Positions 9,412-20,092 of a stretch of 64,000 nucleotides of DNA are shown here, in pieces. The DNA lies in IMG/VR virus record IMGVR_UViG_3300034157_000062; one strand, 5' to 3'. The position numbers were made by a program, and so were the translations under genes. Source of the DNA: an uncultured virus (IMG/VR IMGVR_UViG_3300034157_000062). Lineage: Duplodnaviria > Heunggongvirae > Uroviricota > Caudoviricetes. Numbering within the stretch: the first letter of the stretch is position 1; each line of letters opens with the position of its first letter. The notes beneath the pieces are model-generated. The model did not search any database, was not told the DNA's origin, and saw nothing but the letters and a program-made list of their open reading frames with translations.

Positions 9412-11178
9412 ATGAACCAAGAATTTTCTGATATTTCTGCAAACTACAATAACTCTTCAAGATTTACACATTGTATTGGCTATGTTAAGTCCCTTCCATT
9501 TAAAGATATGGTGGATTTTAGTGTGCTTTCATTAAATGTTAAGTATCGAGACATCCTAGTGCCGTTCTCTTCTGTCAAACAATATTTGCAAAACAATCAA
9601 TATCATATGATCTCAATCCAAGGTGATGAGGAAATTGATGCTAAATATCGTTCATTGAACGAAATGAATACGATAAAAACGATAAAAAGCAATTTTACTC
9701 AATTGACAGTATTAGCTGATGAAGCCGGTGCTGATTATGCAGATTTATTAGATCAGGTTAATAGATTAGAACAATTTAATGCTGAACTATTAGAACCAAT
9801 CAAAAGGACGATTGATTATTCATCTGAATTAGGGATGTTATGCCCCTACCTAGTCAAAAGTAAAAACCTTGCAACCCACGCAACCTATTTAGAAATGCTT
9901 AATGAGTTGAATGCAGAGTATAAAGATGTTTTAGTTGATAATTCATATTATGATATTTTTGAAAATATTAAAAAAGTGACTGATAAAAATGTTATTGAGT
10001 TTAAAGGTATTCTTGATAATCTCATAGATAGAATAAATGAGGCGAACCCAGAAGTTTTATCTACGATGAGTTCTAAATATGTAGCAGAATTAAACAGTTC
10101 TACTGGTGATATTTCTCAATTTCTATTAGATAAGACATTTGATGAAACCATTACTGCAGCGATCAAACTAGAAGAAAACCAAAAAATTCAAGCGTACATT
10201 ATCTTTAAGGACAATAGCATTGCTGTAAAGAGTAAAGGAAAATTTTCTACCGTTAATACAATGGATGAACTAGATGACACTTTTACTGGGTTAAAAGAAA
10301 GTATTGTTGCGTATAAATTAAAGAAACGTCCAAAAATAGCGAAATTTTTTATAGGATTAGCCAAGGAGAGTATTCATTTTGATCATTGCATGAATGCTAT
10401 GAATACTTTTCTAGATAATGAACAAGTTTTAAAAAATATGAAAATGGACTTCAATCTTTTTGTTGACAAATCATTTGAAGTGATTGATGACCATATGAAC
10501 GCTTTAATCAGTGAACATAAAACTCATCAATATGCTAATAGTATTCTGAGTAATAAAAACAAACATCTTTTAAGCCCAACGAGCATGATTTCATTCAAAC
10601 AGCTTAAAGAAATGGATGTCACAGAAACCGAATTACAAAATATTATAGGCAAGAAGATAGCGGCTATTAAAACACCAGAAGATCTTGAAGCTTATTTAGT
10701 TAAAGTGGTGGGGCAATATACTGGATTTAGTCATGAAGCTGTTTCTAGTAAGTTAGAACGTGCTGGCATTCAACCTGTTTACGATGAAGGTCAAGTATTA
10801 GTATTCCCAGTGAAAGAGTATAAAGATTCAAAAGAATTAGGTAGCCCTAGCTGGTGTATTGTCAGAACAGAAAGCTATTTTGACACGTATACCGATTATG
10901 ATAAGAAACAATACTTCATGTATGACTTTAATAAGAATGAAAAAGACAATGAATCTTTAATAGGGTTTACATTAACTTATGATGGTGAGTTTCATACACA
11001 ACACCTTAGAAATGATGACTATTTGACAGTAGACGACAATTTACAACACATCGCTGACAAAATTATGTTTCGTGATAAAAATGATTTTAATTTAAGTAAA
11101 GAGAAATTAGCAAGCTTGGAAGATATGTTTAATAAGCAAATGAAAAAAACAACCAACAAACACAAACAAGGTGTATAA
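9412..11178 (+). CDS. hypothetical protein with C-terminal GSPSWCI (PcfJ-like) region and basic tail
   Basis: 588 aa; SKELGSPSWCI motif; ends KKTTNKHKQGV. Confidence 0.7.
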   Translation: MNQEFSDISANYNNSSRFTHCIGYVKSLPFKDMVDFSVLSLNVKYRDILVPFSSVKQYLQNNQYHMISIQGDEEIDAKYRSLNEMNTIKTIKSNFTQLTVLADEAGADYADLLDQVNRLEQFNAELLEPIKRTIDYSSELGMLCPYLVKSKNLATHATYLEMLNELNAEYKDVLVDNSYYDIFENIKKVTDKNVIEFKGILDNLIDRINEANPEVLSTMSSKYVAELNSSTGDISQFLLDKTFDETITAAIKLEENQKIQAYIIFKDNSIAVKSKGKFSTVNTMDELDDTFTGLKESIVAYKLKKRPKIAKFFIGLAKESIHFDHCMNAMNTFLDNEQVLKNMKMDFNLFVDKSFEVIDDHMNALISEHKTHQYANSILSNKNKHLLSPTSMISFKQLKEMDVTETELQNIIGKKIAAIKTPEDLEAYLVKVVGQYTGFSHEAVSSKLERAGIQPVYDEGQVLVFPVKEYKDSKELGSPSWCIVRTESYFDTYTDYDKKQYFMYDFNKNEKDNESLIGFTLTYDGEFHTQHLRNDDYLTVDDNLQHIADKIMFRDKNDFNLSKEKLASLEDMFNKQMKKTTNKHKQGV

Positions 11179-11179
11179 G

Positions 11180-12814
11180 ATGAATTTAACAGAATACAGC
11201 AAAATAATGAATGAGGTCTTTGAGAAGATAGAAAAGGAGACGGGTAAGCCTTTTAGTAAGGATGTTGAAATCTTAACTATTCATAAATTTTTGAGCACAC
11301 CTGCTATGAAGGACGCTTATCCTAATATCAATGTTTATCATGATCCAAACGATAATGATCTTATTATTGAATATAAAAAAGCGGGTTATTATAAATTTTA
11401 TGGCACTATGGGACAAGATGGTTTTGAATTCAGATCTAAGATTGATAACAAAAGTACATTTCTGGGTGATATGACACCCATTATATCAGAAGAGATACAA
11501 AGATCTGCATTAAAAATAAAAGAACATACACAACCAAACAGTAAATTTGAAGATTTTTTAAATAATATTACGATTAAAGATATTGATAATGTTATGTTGT
11601 CATGTAACCGTGCTCAGTCAGATTTCTTGAAAGTGGTTAAGATGATCAAAGAAGAAGACCCTTTAAGTAGAGACTTTTTAAAGTTGGCGTTGAAAGTAGC
11701 TAAGAAAGCTCATCAGAATGATAGATCAATAGATAATAATGTTGAAGATACTATCTATAATATCATAAAAAATGGGGGTGGTAATGGTGATGGATATAGT
11801 TATGATAGTATTCATCAGATGAGACGATTATTTTATATTGAAAATATGGACATGACTAACTATGATTTTGAAGACATTGAAGACGAAAGACAATTTGAAT
11901 TTTTCAATAAATTTGTGGCCGATCAATTACCTAAAAATAGCATTACTTATTTGTTGTTAACTGATCCAAATAACTTTATTTATAATGCTGTGGATCAATC
12001 AGGATATGAACACATTAAAAAGTCATTGTCATTTGCTATGAAATTAGTGAGTAATGATTTAACCCTTGAACAACTCTACAAAGAAAATCCAGTAGTGGAT
12101 ACAGTGTTTAATGAAGCATTGAAACAAGACCCAACACTCAATGAATTACCAGAAAACCTATTTAAGCACACGGTTGTTAAGGATGAGGATATCTATACAC
12201 AAGAGAAAGGTATTGTTTATTTCAATTATGTTGATCATATTGTTGATGAATTTGAGAAACCAAAGGCGATGGATGAACACTTTAAAACTGATTTCTGCAA
12301 AAGATCCTATGGTATGATTGATCCTGAGCTGGATGTTGACGTTATTCGATTCATCGGCACAACAGGCGTTGATATTAAATACATGATGTGTGCTGGTATT
12401 GCTAAAAATGATGAGTCCAATTATAAGACATTAAGATTAGACAGTTATAGATTAACTCATAATATGCCAGAAGGGCAATTAGAAGCCGCAATAAAACAAG
12501 TTATTAACTATTGCAAAGAAAACCAGTACGTCTTATGTTTAGATTTCGCATCAACCCAACAAGGATTGAATTTTGCTGAAGCAGACATTGTGTTAGATAC
12601 CGTTGATAAATTTAAAAATGAAATCTGTGCTGTATTGTTACCATCTTCATCTGAAAGAACGAGGCTTTCATTGATCTCAAAATTAGACATTCCTTATGCT
12701 GATATTGTGGCTAATGAAAAGAAAATTACTGAAATGATAGATTTAAAACTCAGTGAAGACGATATGATTAAAACACTTAAAGGCGGTAGTAAACCTTTGA
12801 AATTAAAAATGTGA
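11180..12814 (+). CDS. hypothetical protein with basic tail
   Basis: about 544 aa, ATG directly after upstream stop; ends KPLKLKM. Confidence 0.75.
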   Translation: MNLTEYSKIMNEVFEKIEKETGKPFSKDVEILTIHKFLSTPAMKDAYPNINVYHDPNDNDLIIEYKKAGYYKFYGTMGQDGFEFRSKIDNKSTFLGDMTPIISEEIQRSALKIKEHTQPNSKFEDFLNNITIKDIDNVMLSCNRAQSDFLKVVKMIKEEDPLSRDFLKLALKVAKKAHQNDRSIDNNVEDTIYNIIKNGGGNGDGYSYDSIHQMRRLFYIENMDMTNYDFEDIEDERQFEFFNKFVADQLPKNSITYLLLTDPNNFIYNAVDQSGYEHIKKSLSFAMKLVSNDLTLEQLYKENPVVDTVFNEALKQDPTLNELPENLFKHTVVKDEDIYTQEKGIVYFNYVDHIVDEFEKPKAMDEHFKTDFCKRSYGMIDPELDVDVIRFIGTTGVDIKYMMCAGIAKNDESNYKTLRLDSYRLTHNMPEGQLEAAIKQVINYCKENQYVLCLDFASTQQGLNFAEADIVLDTVDKFKNEICAVLLPSSSERTRLSLISKLDIPYADIVANEKKITEMIDLKLSEDDMIKTLKGGSKPLKLKM

Positions 12815-12817
12815 GTA

Positions 12818-12846
12818 TAAAAAAAGAGCTTCTAAAAGCTCTTTTT
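12818..12846. terminator. bidirectional intrinsic terminator
   Basis: AAAAAAGAGCTT-CTAA-AAGCTCTTTTT between convergent genes; similar hairpins separate most convergent pairs. Confidence 0.75.
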
Positions 12847-12859
12847 ATTTTACTTTATT

Positions 12860-13675
12860 TTAGTAATTGAAACTTTCTTCAAATACTTTTTTGACCACAT
12901 CTGAAATAGGTGAAATCAGCTTATAATTAGCTTCTAAGCTCTCTAAGTCTTCTTTTGAGACATTATCACCGACCCATACCCATGTGTTCTTATTTGGAAC
13001 ATCAAGTAGCGTTAAAGCGTCACAGGCTTCAATAGCACCTTCAATCAAATGGTTTTCAACACAGAAATCACCCACAATGGCTACGGAATAACCAACATTC
13101 GGTTCATAGTTATTGTATAAGCTGTTAAAGAAGATAGTTTCATCTAAGAACCCTTCTTGATATAAGAAATACAAAACTTGATTACCATGTGTGTTCATGT
13201 CTCGCCCAAAGCATAAGTTATCAATCAAATGACAATCGTCATAGGCGAAAAACGTTGACATATCGCTGTCATCAACATTTTCTAATGTTAAAAATTCATT
13301 AACAATAGTATCAATAACAGAATTCATGTCTCGTTGTGTATCAACAAATACCATGCCTGTCTTGGTCTGTGCATATAGCAATATATTAGAAAGCCCGTCA
13401 TCATTCATATCATCAGTCAGATCTTCATAGTTTTCTTCAAACCATTTATCTGCGAATGCCAAGAACTTTTCACCCAGTCCGCGTTTAAACCAGAACATTG
13501 CTCCATCCCATGAGAAACTAGTCTCATTTTCAAGGAAGCCTATGTGGTCACCATTCATTATATCGTCTACTGATTGCGTGGTTTCCATATTGATGACCAT
13601 AAGAACACCATCGAATTTATGAAAGCCTTCAGTATAGCTGAGTTCAAACTTTTCTTTTACATGTTTATAATACAT
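12860..13675 (-). CDS. acidic hypothetical protein
   Basis: 271-aa ORF, AGGAG RBS. Confidence 0.75.
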   Translation of the reverse strand: MYYKHVKEKFELSYTEGFHKFDGVLMVINMETTQSVDDIMNGDHIGFLENETSFSWDGAMFWFKRGLGEKFLAFADKWFEENYEDLTDDMNDDGLSNILLYAQTKTGMVFVDTQRDMNSVIDTIVNEFLTLENVDDSDMSTFFAYDDCHLIDNLCFGRDMNTHGNQVLYFLYQEGFLDETIFFNSLYNNYEPNVGYSVAIVGDFCVENHLIEGAIEACDALTLLDVPNKNTWVWVGDNVSKEDLESLEANYKLISPISDVVKKVFEESFNY

Positions 13676-13698
13676 TGTAAGCTCCTATTTTTTTTGAT

Positions 13699-14250
13699 TT
13701 ATTCATCTTCGTCATCATTAAATCGTTCCACAAAATCTTCGGGTTCTGGTAAATTTTCAAGTCCATATGAAGCCACCAATTTCACTGGGTAATAGTGCGT
13801 TGTCCTATAAGCAGGAAGTTCTTTATATTTTAAGAAGATTTCAGCCGATTCGCTTTCTTTTTCCACAAAACCTTCATAGACACTGAATGTGTTATTATCT
13901 AAGTTTAACACATAGGCCCATTCACAAGATAAAGAATCTCCAGAAAATGAAACGCTATTGATGAGATGAACTTTATCTTCTGAATTAAATATACGATTTA
14001 ATACTGATGAGCCAGAAGGTTGTTCATAATTTTCTTTGTCATAGAGATTGAGTTCTTTAAATTCCTCAGAACTGTATAAGCGGACATTTCTTAACTTTTT
14101 CTTGAAGACGGCAAGAGCTTTTGGATTAAGCCCCCGAATAAATTCTAAAACTTCTACACCAGCACCACCCGGATAACCATCGAATTGACCATATTGTGCA
14201 GCTTGAAACCTTTTATTTGCATAGACGCAGACTAAATGTCGAGTTCCCAT
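13699..14250 (-). CDS. hypothetical protein, MGTR...QFDGYP family
   Basis: AGGAGG RBS; DGYP and CEWAYVLNLD motifs. Confidence 0.75.
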   Translation of the reverse strand: MGTRHLVCVYANKRFQAAQYGQFDGYPGGAGVEVLEFIRGLNPKALAVFKKKLRNVRLYSSEEFKELNLYDKENYEQPSGSSVLNRIFNSEDKVHLINSVSFSGDSLSCEWAYVLNLDNNTFSVYEGFVEKESESAEIFLKYKELPAYRTTHYYPVKLVASYGLENLPEPEDFVERFNDDEDE

Positions 14251-14346
14251 AGAACCTCCTAAAATTAAGTATCGTCTATATTATCAGCTTTATCTTGAAA
14301 TTACAATAAAATAATGATAATGTATGGTGAGAAAAATGGAGAAACC

Positions 14347-15087
14347 ATGAATATTCAGTTGATTTTAGAAAAAACTAAATTTACGGATTTAGAAAAAATA
14401 AAAATAGGTTCATTTATTACACCCTTAATAAATAATATGAGCATTATGTCGATTGAATATTTAGACCAAAATGATTATGAAATGATAACCATTTGCTTAT
14501 ATGACATCATTTATTACTTTGGTAAATCAAATATTAATAAGGTACTCACATTAAGCTCTTATGAGAGATCCAAAGAAGTGTATACGGAATATCAATTTTT
14601 CAGTAGCTTTATTCCAACGATTGTTTATAAGTTTTATGAAGGTAAGTCATTAGGGATGGGTGATGGACAACGAGAGCGAAAAAGAAGCGTTCTGTACAAT
14701 ACAGCCTATGTAGACTCGATGATAAAAGTGGATATCGGTTATGCTGGTGGTTCTGATAAAGCTAAGCGTATTACTGTCTATGTGCAAAAAAATGCGTTGG
14801 TCAAAAGTGGCAGTGGTTTCACATTTGATTTGGTTAATTATTACTTTACGATAGACATGAAATCAAAAGAAGTAATGGAAACACACCCGCATGGTGCAAA
14901 GCGATACAACATGCTATTTTCTGATAGGCAATATAAGAACCATACCAAATATAAATATTCTACTGAATTAGCGGAAAATTTTCTGGGTTGTTTTAATTCA
15001 CTTAAAGATGTTCAGGATGTGTATTCAGAAGTAGGTCGTGAAGGTATTAAGAATTTTGTTTACTTAACAAAGATGATTTTAATTTAA
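14347..15087 (+). CDS. hypothetical protein with C-terminal Met(-4) motif
   Basis: GGAG RBS before ATG 14347; ends YLTKMILI. Confidence 0.7.
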   Translation: MNIQLILEKTKFTDLEKIKIGSFITPLINNMSIMSIEYLDQNDYEMITICLYDIIYYFGKSNINKVLTLSSYERSKEVYTEYQFFSSFIPTIVYKFYEGKSLGMGDGQRERKRSVLYNTAYVDSMIKVDIGYAGGSDKAKRITVYVQKNALVKSGSGFTFDLVNYYFTIDMKSKEVMETHPHGAKRYNMLFSDRQYKNHTKYKYSTELAENFLGCFNSLKDVQDVYSEVGREGIKNFVYLTKMILI

Positions 15088-15127
15088 AGCTATTTGATAG
15101 ACAATAAAAAAGCCCTTTCGGGCTTTC

Positions 15128-16132
15128 TTATGTTTCGTCGTTACTCAGAATATGACTGTATATTTGCTTCATCGTAATGGTGCTTATCGGTGTTTTAGTT
15201 TCCTGATCAACCACAATACCCAAAGCAGTGTTGTTTTCTTTCAATTCTACAATAACATCCATCAAGTTATCATCTGTTTCAAGAATGATGGCAGGTCGTG
15301 TGAAGTCTGACACTTTCGCTGTTGTTCCACCTTTCACAAACTCAGGGGCGACATCACGATAGAATACAATCCCGACCATTTGATCATTATGCATCACAAA
15401 GAAACGTTTGTTATTAACGTCTTCGAAGGCAGAACGATACGTTAACACTGATTCATTGTAATCCATGATAACTGGGTGGAAGTGTTTATCAATCACATCA
15501 CCAATTTTCACTTGTTTAATACTGAAAATCTTTTCCAACATTTTTTGTTCAGCTTTATCAATAATACCATTTTTTCTGTAGTGTTTAATAATCATTTTCA
15601 ATTCATTCAAGCTCATGAGCCTTTTTGATTCAAGTTTGAATATCTTAACCCACATGTAAGTCAACAAAATAAATGGGTAGTTGACAAAGTATGAACCACG
15701 AGCAACCCAGCTTAATTTAATCAAAATTCTTTCATAGTTGTAGTTAGCAATAATCTTGGGTAGCGTTCTTGCAAAAACAAGCATGAAGTAAGTGAGTGCA
15801 GCCGTAAACATAATGATGTATTCTTGTGGTAAGTATTTTGCTGACATGGCACCCAGTAGCGAACTACCTAAAATACTACTGAATGTGATAGCTACCACCA
15901 TTGCTGTAATATGCCAGTCTTTCTTATTCATTATTTTTTCGACACGTTTCTTTGTTTTTTCTGGTACATCTTCTCTGTTCATAAATATGTGTAGTTTTAT
16001 GTCATCCATGATGATGATGGATGATTCGACAAGTGCAAAAAGTCCTGAAATGATTACAACAAAGATAGAGGCCAAAATGAGCAATCCAATTTCTATGTAC
16101 ATAAAGTCTTCCTTATTAGCGTTTATAATCAT
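15128..16132 (-). CDS. CNNM/DUF21 + CBS-domain membrane protein (CorB/TlyC-like)
   Basis: ISGLFALVESSI, several TM segments, LPKIIA, CBS-pair-like C-terminus. Confidence 0.85.
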   Translation of the reverse strand: MIINANKEDFMYIEIGLLILASIFVVIISGLFALVESSIIIMDDIKLHIFMNREDVPEKTKKRVEKIMNKKDWHITAMVVAITFSSILGSSLLGAMSAKYLPQEYIIMFTAALTYFMLVFARTLPKIIANYNYERILIKLSWVARGSYFVNYPFILLTYMWVKIFKLESKRLMSLNELKMIIKHYRKNGIIDKAEQKMLEKIFSIKQVKIGDVIDKHFHPVIMDYNESVLTYRSAFEDVNNKRFFVMHNDQMVGIVFYRDVAPEFVKGGTTAKVSDFTRPAIILETDDNLMDVIVELKENNTALGIVVDQETKTPISTITMKQIYSHILSNDET

Positions 16133-16281
16133 CAGTTTACCACATCTGTTATTAAAATAAAATGATTATTTTTTTATTTTTCCTTTAAAAGAATATCAAT
16201 TTTCGAATATTTAAAAAAGTATTTGTTTTTTTTATCAAAACCTCTATACTTAGAGATAGTTTATACATAAGGAGATAAAAT

Positions 16282-17292
16282 ATGATAAAAGTAGCAATTA
16301 ATGGATTTGGTAGAATTGGTAGAAACGTTTTGAGAGCCTTTCATGAACACCCACACTACAGAAGTTCAATTCAAATTGTAGCCATTAATGATCTATCACC
16401 TATTGAACACTCTGTTCATTTACTCAAATACGATAGCATTCATAAAATATTCGATAAAATTGTAACAAATCAAGACAACACTATTCAAATTAACAATCAT
16501 ACGATGAAATACACATCTATTAAAGATGCGAAACTTCTTCCGTGGGCTGAGCTTGACGTGGATATCGTCTTCGATTGCACAGGAAAATACACTACACACG
16601 ATACAGCGTCTGATCACCTGATTGCGGGTGCAAAACGTGTGGTTGTTTCAGCACCATGTGATGGAGCCGACAGAACTGTTGTTTGGGGTGTGAATGAATC
16701 CTCATTGGTTGCCAGTGATAAAATTATTTCAAATGCATCATGCACCACTAACTGTTTAGCACCTATTGTTGCTCTTATCCATAGAGAGTTTGACATAAAA
16801 AATGGCTTGATGACAACCATACATTCTTACACAGGTGACCAACGTTTAGTTGATACTGACCATAGTGACCTTTACAGAGCACGAGCTGCTGCACTTTCAA
16901 TGATCCCATCAAAAACGGGTGCTGCCAAAGCAATTGGCTTAATCATTCCAGAGCTTAAAGGTAAAATTAATGGTCTTTCTGTTCGTGTGCCAACACCAAA
17001 CGTTTCATTAGTTGACTTTACTTGCAATGTTAATAAAGATGTCACTGCAGAAGCCGTCAACAATCTCTTTAAAACAGAAGTTGAAAAAGGTGTGTTCAAT
17101 GGGGTTCTGGGTTATAATGATGAACCTTTAGTGTCGGTTGATTTTAACCACAATAGACATTCAAGCATTTATGACTCAACTCAAACTATTGTTCATGATG
17201 GTATGGTGAAAGTTTTTGCTTGGTATGACAATGAGTGGGGATTTTCAAACAGAATGCTTGATTTGGCAATAAGCATTTCAAAACTCAAATAA
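16282..17292 (+). CDS. gap: type I glyceraldehyde-3-phosphate dehydrogenase
   Basis: INGFGRIGR, SNASCTTNCLAP, RVPTPNVS, WYDNEWGFS. Confidence 0.96.
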   Translation: MIKVAINGFGRIGRNVLRAFHEHPHYRSSIQIVAINDLSPIEHSVHLLKYDSIHKIFDKIVTNQDNTIQINNHTMKYTSIKDAKLLPWAELDVDIVFDCTGKYTTHDTASDHLIAGAKRVVVSAPCDGADRTVVWGVNESSLVASDKIISNASCTTNCLAPIVALIHREFDIKNGLMTTIHSYTGDQRLVDTDHSDLYRARAAALSMIPSKTGAAKAIGLIIPELKGKINGLSVRVPTPNVSLVDFTCNVNKDVTAEAVNNLFKTEVEKGVFNGVLGYNDEPLVSVDFNHNRHSSIYDSTQTIVHDGMVKVFAWYDNEWGFSNRMLDLAISISKLK

Positions 17293-17370
17293 TTAAAGGC
17301 TCGAAAGAGCCTTTTTTGTTGACATGTACCTATCATTTTTGATATCATAGTCAAAATTTAGGAGATCTTT

Positions 17371-18312
17371 ATGTCAACTGTCATCTATCATGCTTATCGT
17401 TTTAAATCAAACAGAGCGTCTACTGTTGAAAAAAATAATACACATATTCGTGAAGTAATGACTAAAAAGCTTAAATCATCTCTTTATCAAACAATGACGG
17501 ATCTGTTTATTGACTATAAATTTCATCTTTTAGCGAATCCTGAAAGTCCCAACAGTGTGGATACTGTTCATGAATTCTTAGAATACAACAACTTTGAGTC
17601 CTCGAAAGAACAACTTAAATTTTTACAATCAATTGTCAATGCTCGTGTTTATTCGGATGTAAAATTTTACAAATTTTTTGTTGAAATGACCACTGAAGCA
17701 GCAAAATTTAATCTCAACATCAAATTGAACCATAAAGTGACTGTTTATTTCAGAACATTAGGTGAATACACCTATTATCTTTTCACATCCAATGACAGTG
17801 ATCTTTTGCATGAGTTCAGAACAGACTTTGACACCTACATGCCAGAAAAGTTTACCACTTATGATTACTGGAACAATACCGATGGTCCTGACGATATAGG
17901 TCAAGCTGCATGGAATGGTCGTGGCAATAAGTGGGACAAAGTATTTGGGTCTAAACCCTCAGATGACATGAATAAAATTGATATTGAAATTGCTCCTTAT
18001 CATTTAACAGAATATGAAAAGTGTATTGATTATGTTCCTGATGATTTTGCGTTGTTTAAACGCTATTATAATGAATTGAAATCAGAAATCTATTTTGAAG
18101 AAGAAGCTGACAAGATGTTTAAAGCGACGGGTAAGCGAAGTGAAAGCAAGATTTATAGTGCATCACTGGCTCGTATTCGTGAAGAGTTAAAAGATGGAAC
18201 GGCGTTCAGTGCTTATCCTGATTTTGAAGGCAGTGAGTTCACACGAGACAAGATTTTGAATGCTATGTTTTATGAAAAAATTAAAAAGTCTATTCACAAT
18301 ACCGATGAATAA
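17371..18312 (+). CDS. hypothetical protein, paralog of ORF 18375
   Basis: shared MST-x-I start and Y-x-Y-x-x-NTD-x-PDD...W...W motif. Confidence 0.75.
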   Translation: MSTVIYHAYRFKSNRASTVEKNNTHIREVMTKKLKSSLYQTMTDLFIDYKFHLLANPESPNSVDTVHEFLEYNNFESSKEQLKFLQSIVNARVYSDVKFYKFFVEMTTEAAKFNLNIKLNHKVTVYFRTLGEYTYYLFTSNDSDLLHEFRTDFDTYMPEKFTTYDYWNNTDGPDDIGQAAWNGRGNKWDKVFGSKPSDDMNKIDIEIAPYHLTEYEKCIDYVPDDFALFKRYYNELKSEIYFEEEADKMFKATGKRSESKIYSASLARIREELKDGTAFSAYPDFEGSEFTRDKILNAMFYEKIKKSIHNTDE

Positions 18313-18374
18313 TAATCTTTTATTGATTTTTCAAGTTGGTCGATGTATAATTGCAGGTAAATTAGGAGAGCTAA

Positions 18375-19313
18375 ATGTCAACATGTATTTCAAATGGTTA
18401 CATACTTGAAACCTCTAACTCTAAAAAAGTTAACAAGGTTAATGAACGACTTCGTGTCATTTTTAATCAGATTTTAAAGAAAACGTTAGTTTCAAATATA
18501 GCGTCATTGGTTGCTCCTATTGCTAATTATAACTGCAATCCAAAATCAGATTGTCAACAACGGCATGAATCTTATTTAGCTGATCTTCAATCAAAAAATC
18601 ACGAATTAAACAATAAAGTATTCGAACTTCAAATTCAACAAAGATTTAAACAGAAAGAAGGTTCGCTATTTGATTTTGCAAAAGATGTTATTGGCTTTAT
18701 GTCAGACAATAATATTCGCAATATGTACAGTGTTAATTCAGAAAAGATCTATTTTAAGACAGTGGGACATGTCACCCTTTATTATTTTGCTATTTCAGGC
18801 CCAGTTGCAAAAGAATTTGAGCGTATTAATGAACGACTTAATATTTTGAAGAATTATGAATATTACGACAACACAGATAAACCAGATGATGTGACAACCA
18901 AAGCATGGAGTCACCGTAATCATACGTGGAATCGCGTTTTAAATGGTTTATCAAACGTCTCTGAGGCTATGTATAATATCCCACTCAAAGTCGATTTTTA
19001 TGATATTACTGAAATAGATATTATGACTGAACTTCCTGATGAACATCAACGTTTAAAAAGCATCTACAAACGTAGTCGTGTTAATGAACTTGGGGCACAA
19101 CTTAGGGCAGAACATGTTAAAAAACATGGCCCTGATCTTTCGTCTTCTGACTATTCACAAATTTATTTTGATGTATCTGAACAGGTTATGGAAGAAATTA
19201 AAAATGGCGTTTACACAACGTCTCAAAAGCATTTAGACATGATGATCAGTCAAGATGAATTTATAAACAGTATTTTTTATGAAGAAAACACTTATTTCAA
19301 AAAAGAAGAATAA
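18375..19313 (+). CDS. hypothetical protein, paralog of ORF 17371
   Basis: YEYYDNTDKPDDVTTKAWSHRNHTW. Confidence 0.75.
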   Translation: MSTCISNGYILETSNSKKVNKVNERLRVIFNQILKKTLVSNIASLVAPIANYNCNPKSDCQQRHESYLADLQSKNHELNNKVFELQIQQRFKQKEGSLFDFAKDVIGFMSDNNIRNMYSVNSEKIYFKTVGHVTLYYFAISGPVAKEFERINERLNILKNYEYYDNTDKPDDVTTKAWSHRNHTWNRVLNGLSNVSEAMYNIPLKVDFYDITEIDIMTELPDEHQRLKSIYKRSRVNELGAQLRAEHVKKHGPDLSSSDYSQIYFDVSEQVMEEIKNGVYTTSQKHLDMMISQDEFINSIFYEENTYFKKEE

Positions 19314-19314
19314 T

Positions 19315-19998
19315 ATGATTGTAAATGAAATATATGATGAAGATGAACCATCTGAAATGGAACATATTGATATATTTAGGGAAGCCCTACTTCCCTATAT
19401 GTCAGAAGACGCTATTGTGAATATTGAGTATTTAGGTTCTAGGTACGATGTGGATATCAGGGAAGGTCGTTTTGCTGGGGTTAGTTTCTTAGGGTATTAT
19501 CATGGTGACTATATCAGTATTGAATTAAAAAGTAAGCAAGCTTTTTATAAATTATATGAATTGTTTCCACAAGCCAATCCTATTGACTACAAAACATTGA
19601 ATGAAAATATCAATCGTTTTAAATTTTTGTATGCGTTTGCTTTTGGTCGAAACCTTAATGTTAAAAGTGTTCATACAATGGATGACTTAATGAGTTGCTA
19701 CATTTATGATGGACCGAATTATAACCATCTTGTTGCTGAACGAGATCAGCCCTATTCACACTTCTCAGTCGGTATGGGGATTGGAATAAGCACTCTTCCT
19801 ATTCTACTCCGTGATAATTTGTCATATAACTATTCCGTTGGTCAGTATTCTCATCAAGATAAAAACGCCATTAGACGAAAAGATTTTGAAGAATTTGAGG
19901 CTGAATTCATTAAACGCTTCATTACAGCTAAACTGGGGATTGATAAATCTGAATTAACGTTTGAACATTATAAGATTTTGAGGATGTTAAATATTTAA
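19315..19998 (+). CDS. hypothetical protein, paralog of ORF 22094; Met(-4) motif
   Basis: shared INxFxFxYAFxxG and YDGPNY/WDGENY; ends ILRMLNI. Confidence 0.75.
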   Translation: MIVNEIYDEDEPSEMEHIDIFREALLPYMSEDAIVNIEYLGSRYDVDIREGRFAGVSFLGYYHGDYISIELKSKQAFYKLYELFPQANPIDYKTLNENINRFKFLYAFAFGRNLNVKSVHTMDDLMSCYIYDGPNYNHLVAERDQPYSHFSVGMGIGISTLPILLRDNLSYNYSVGQYSHQDKNAIRRKDFEEFEAEFIKRFITAKLGIDKSELTFEHYKILRMLNI

Positions 19999-20092
19999 AC
20001 AACGACTTTTGGTTATTCTCTTTTTTTTTATTGGTGTTATAGTTTAATCAAATCGAGTAAAAAACTTTCTAAACTATAAAGGATATCTAAAT

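Noticed and set aside
19999..20092. Asn-sensing leader before the asnB-like gene
   Set aside because: Looked for by analogy with the Pro and Leu leaders; no short ORF or terminator/antiterminator found.
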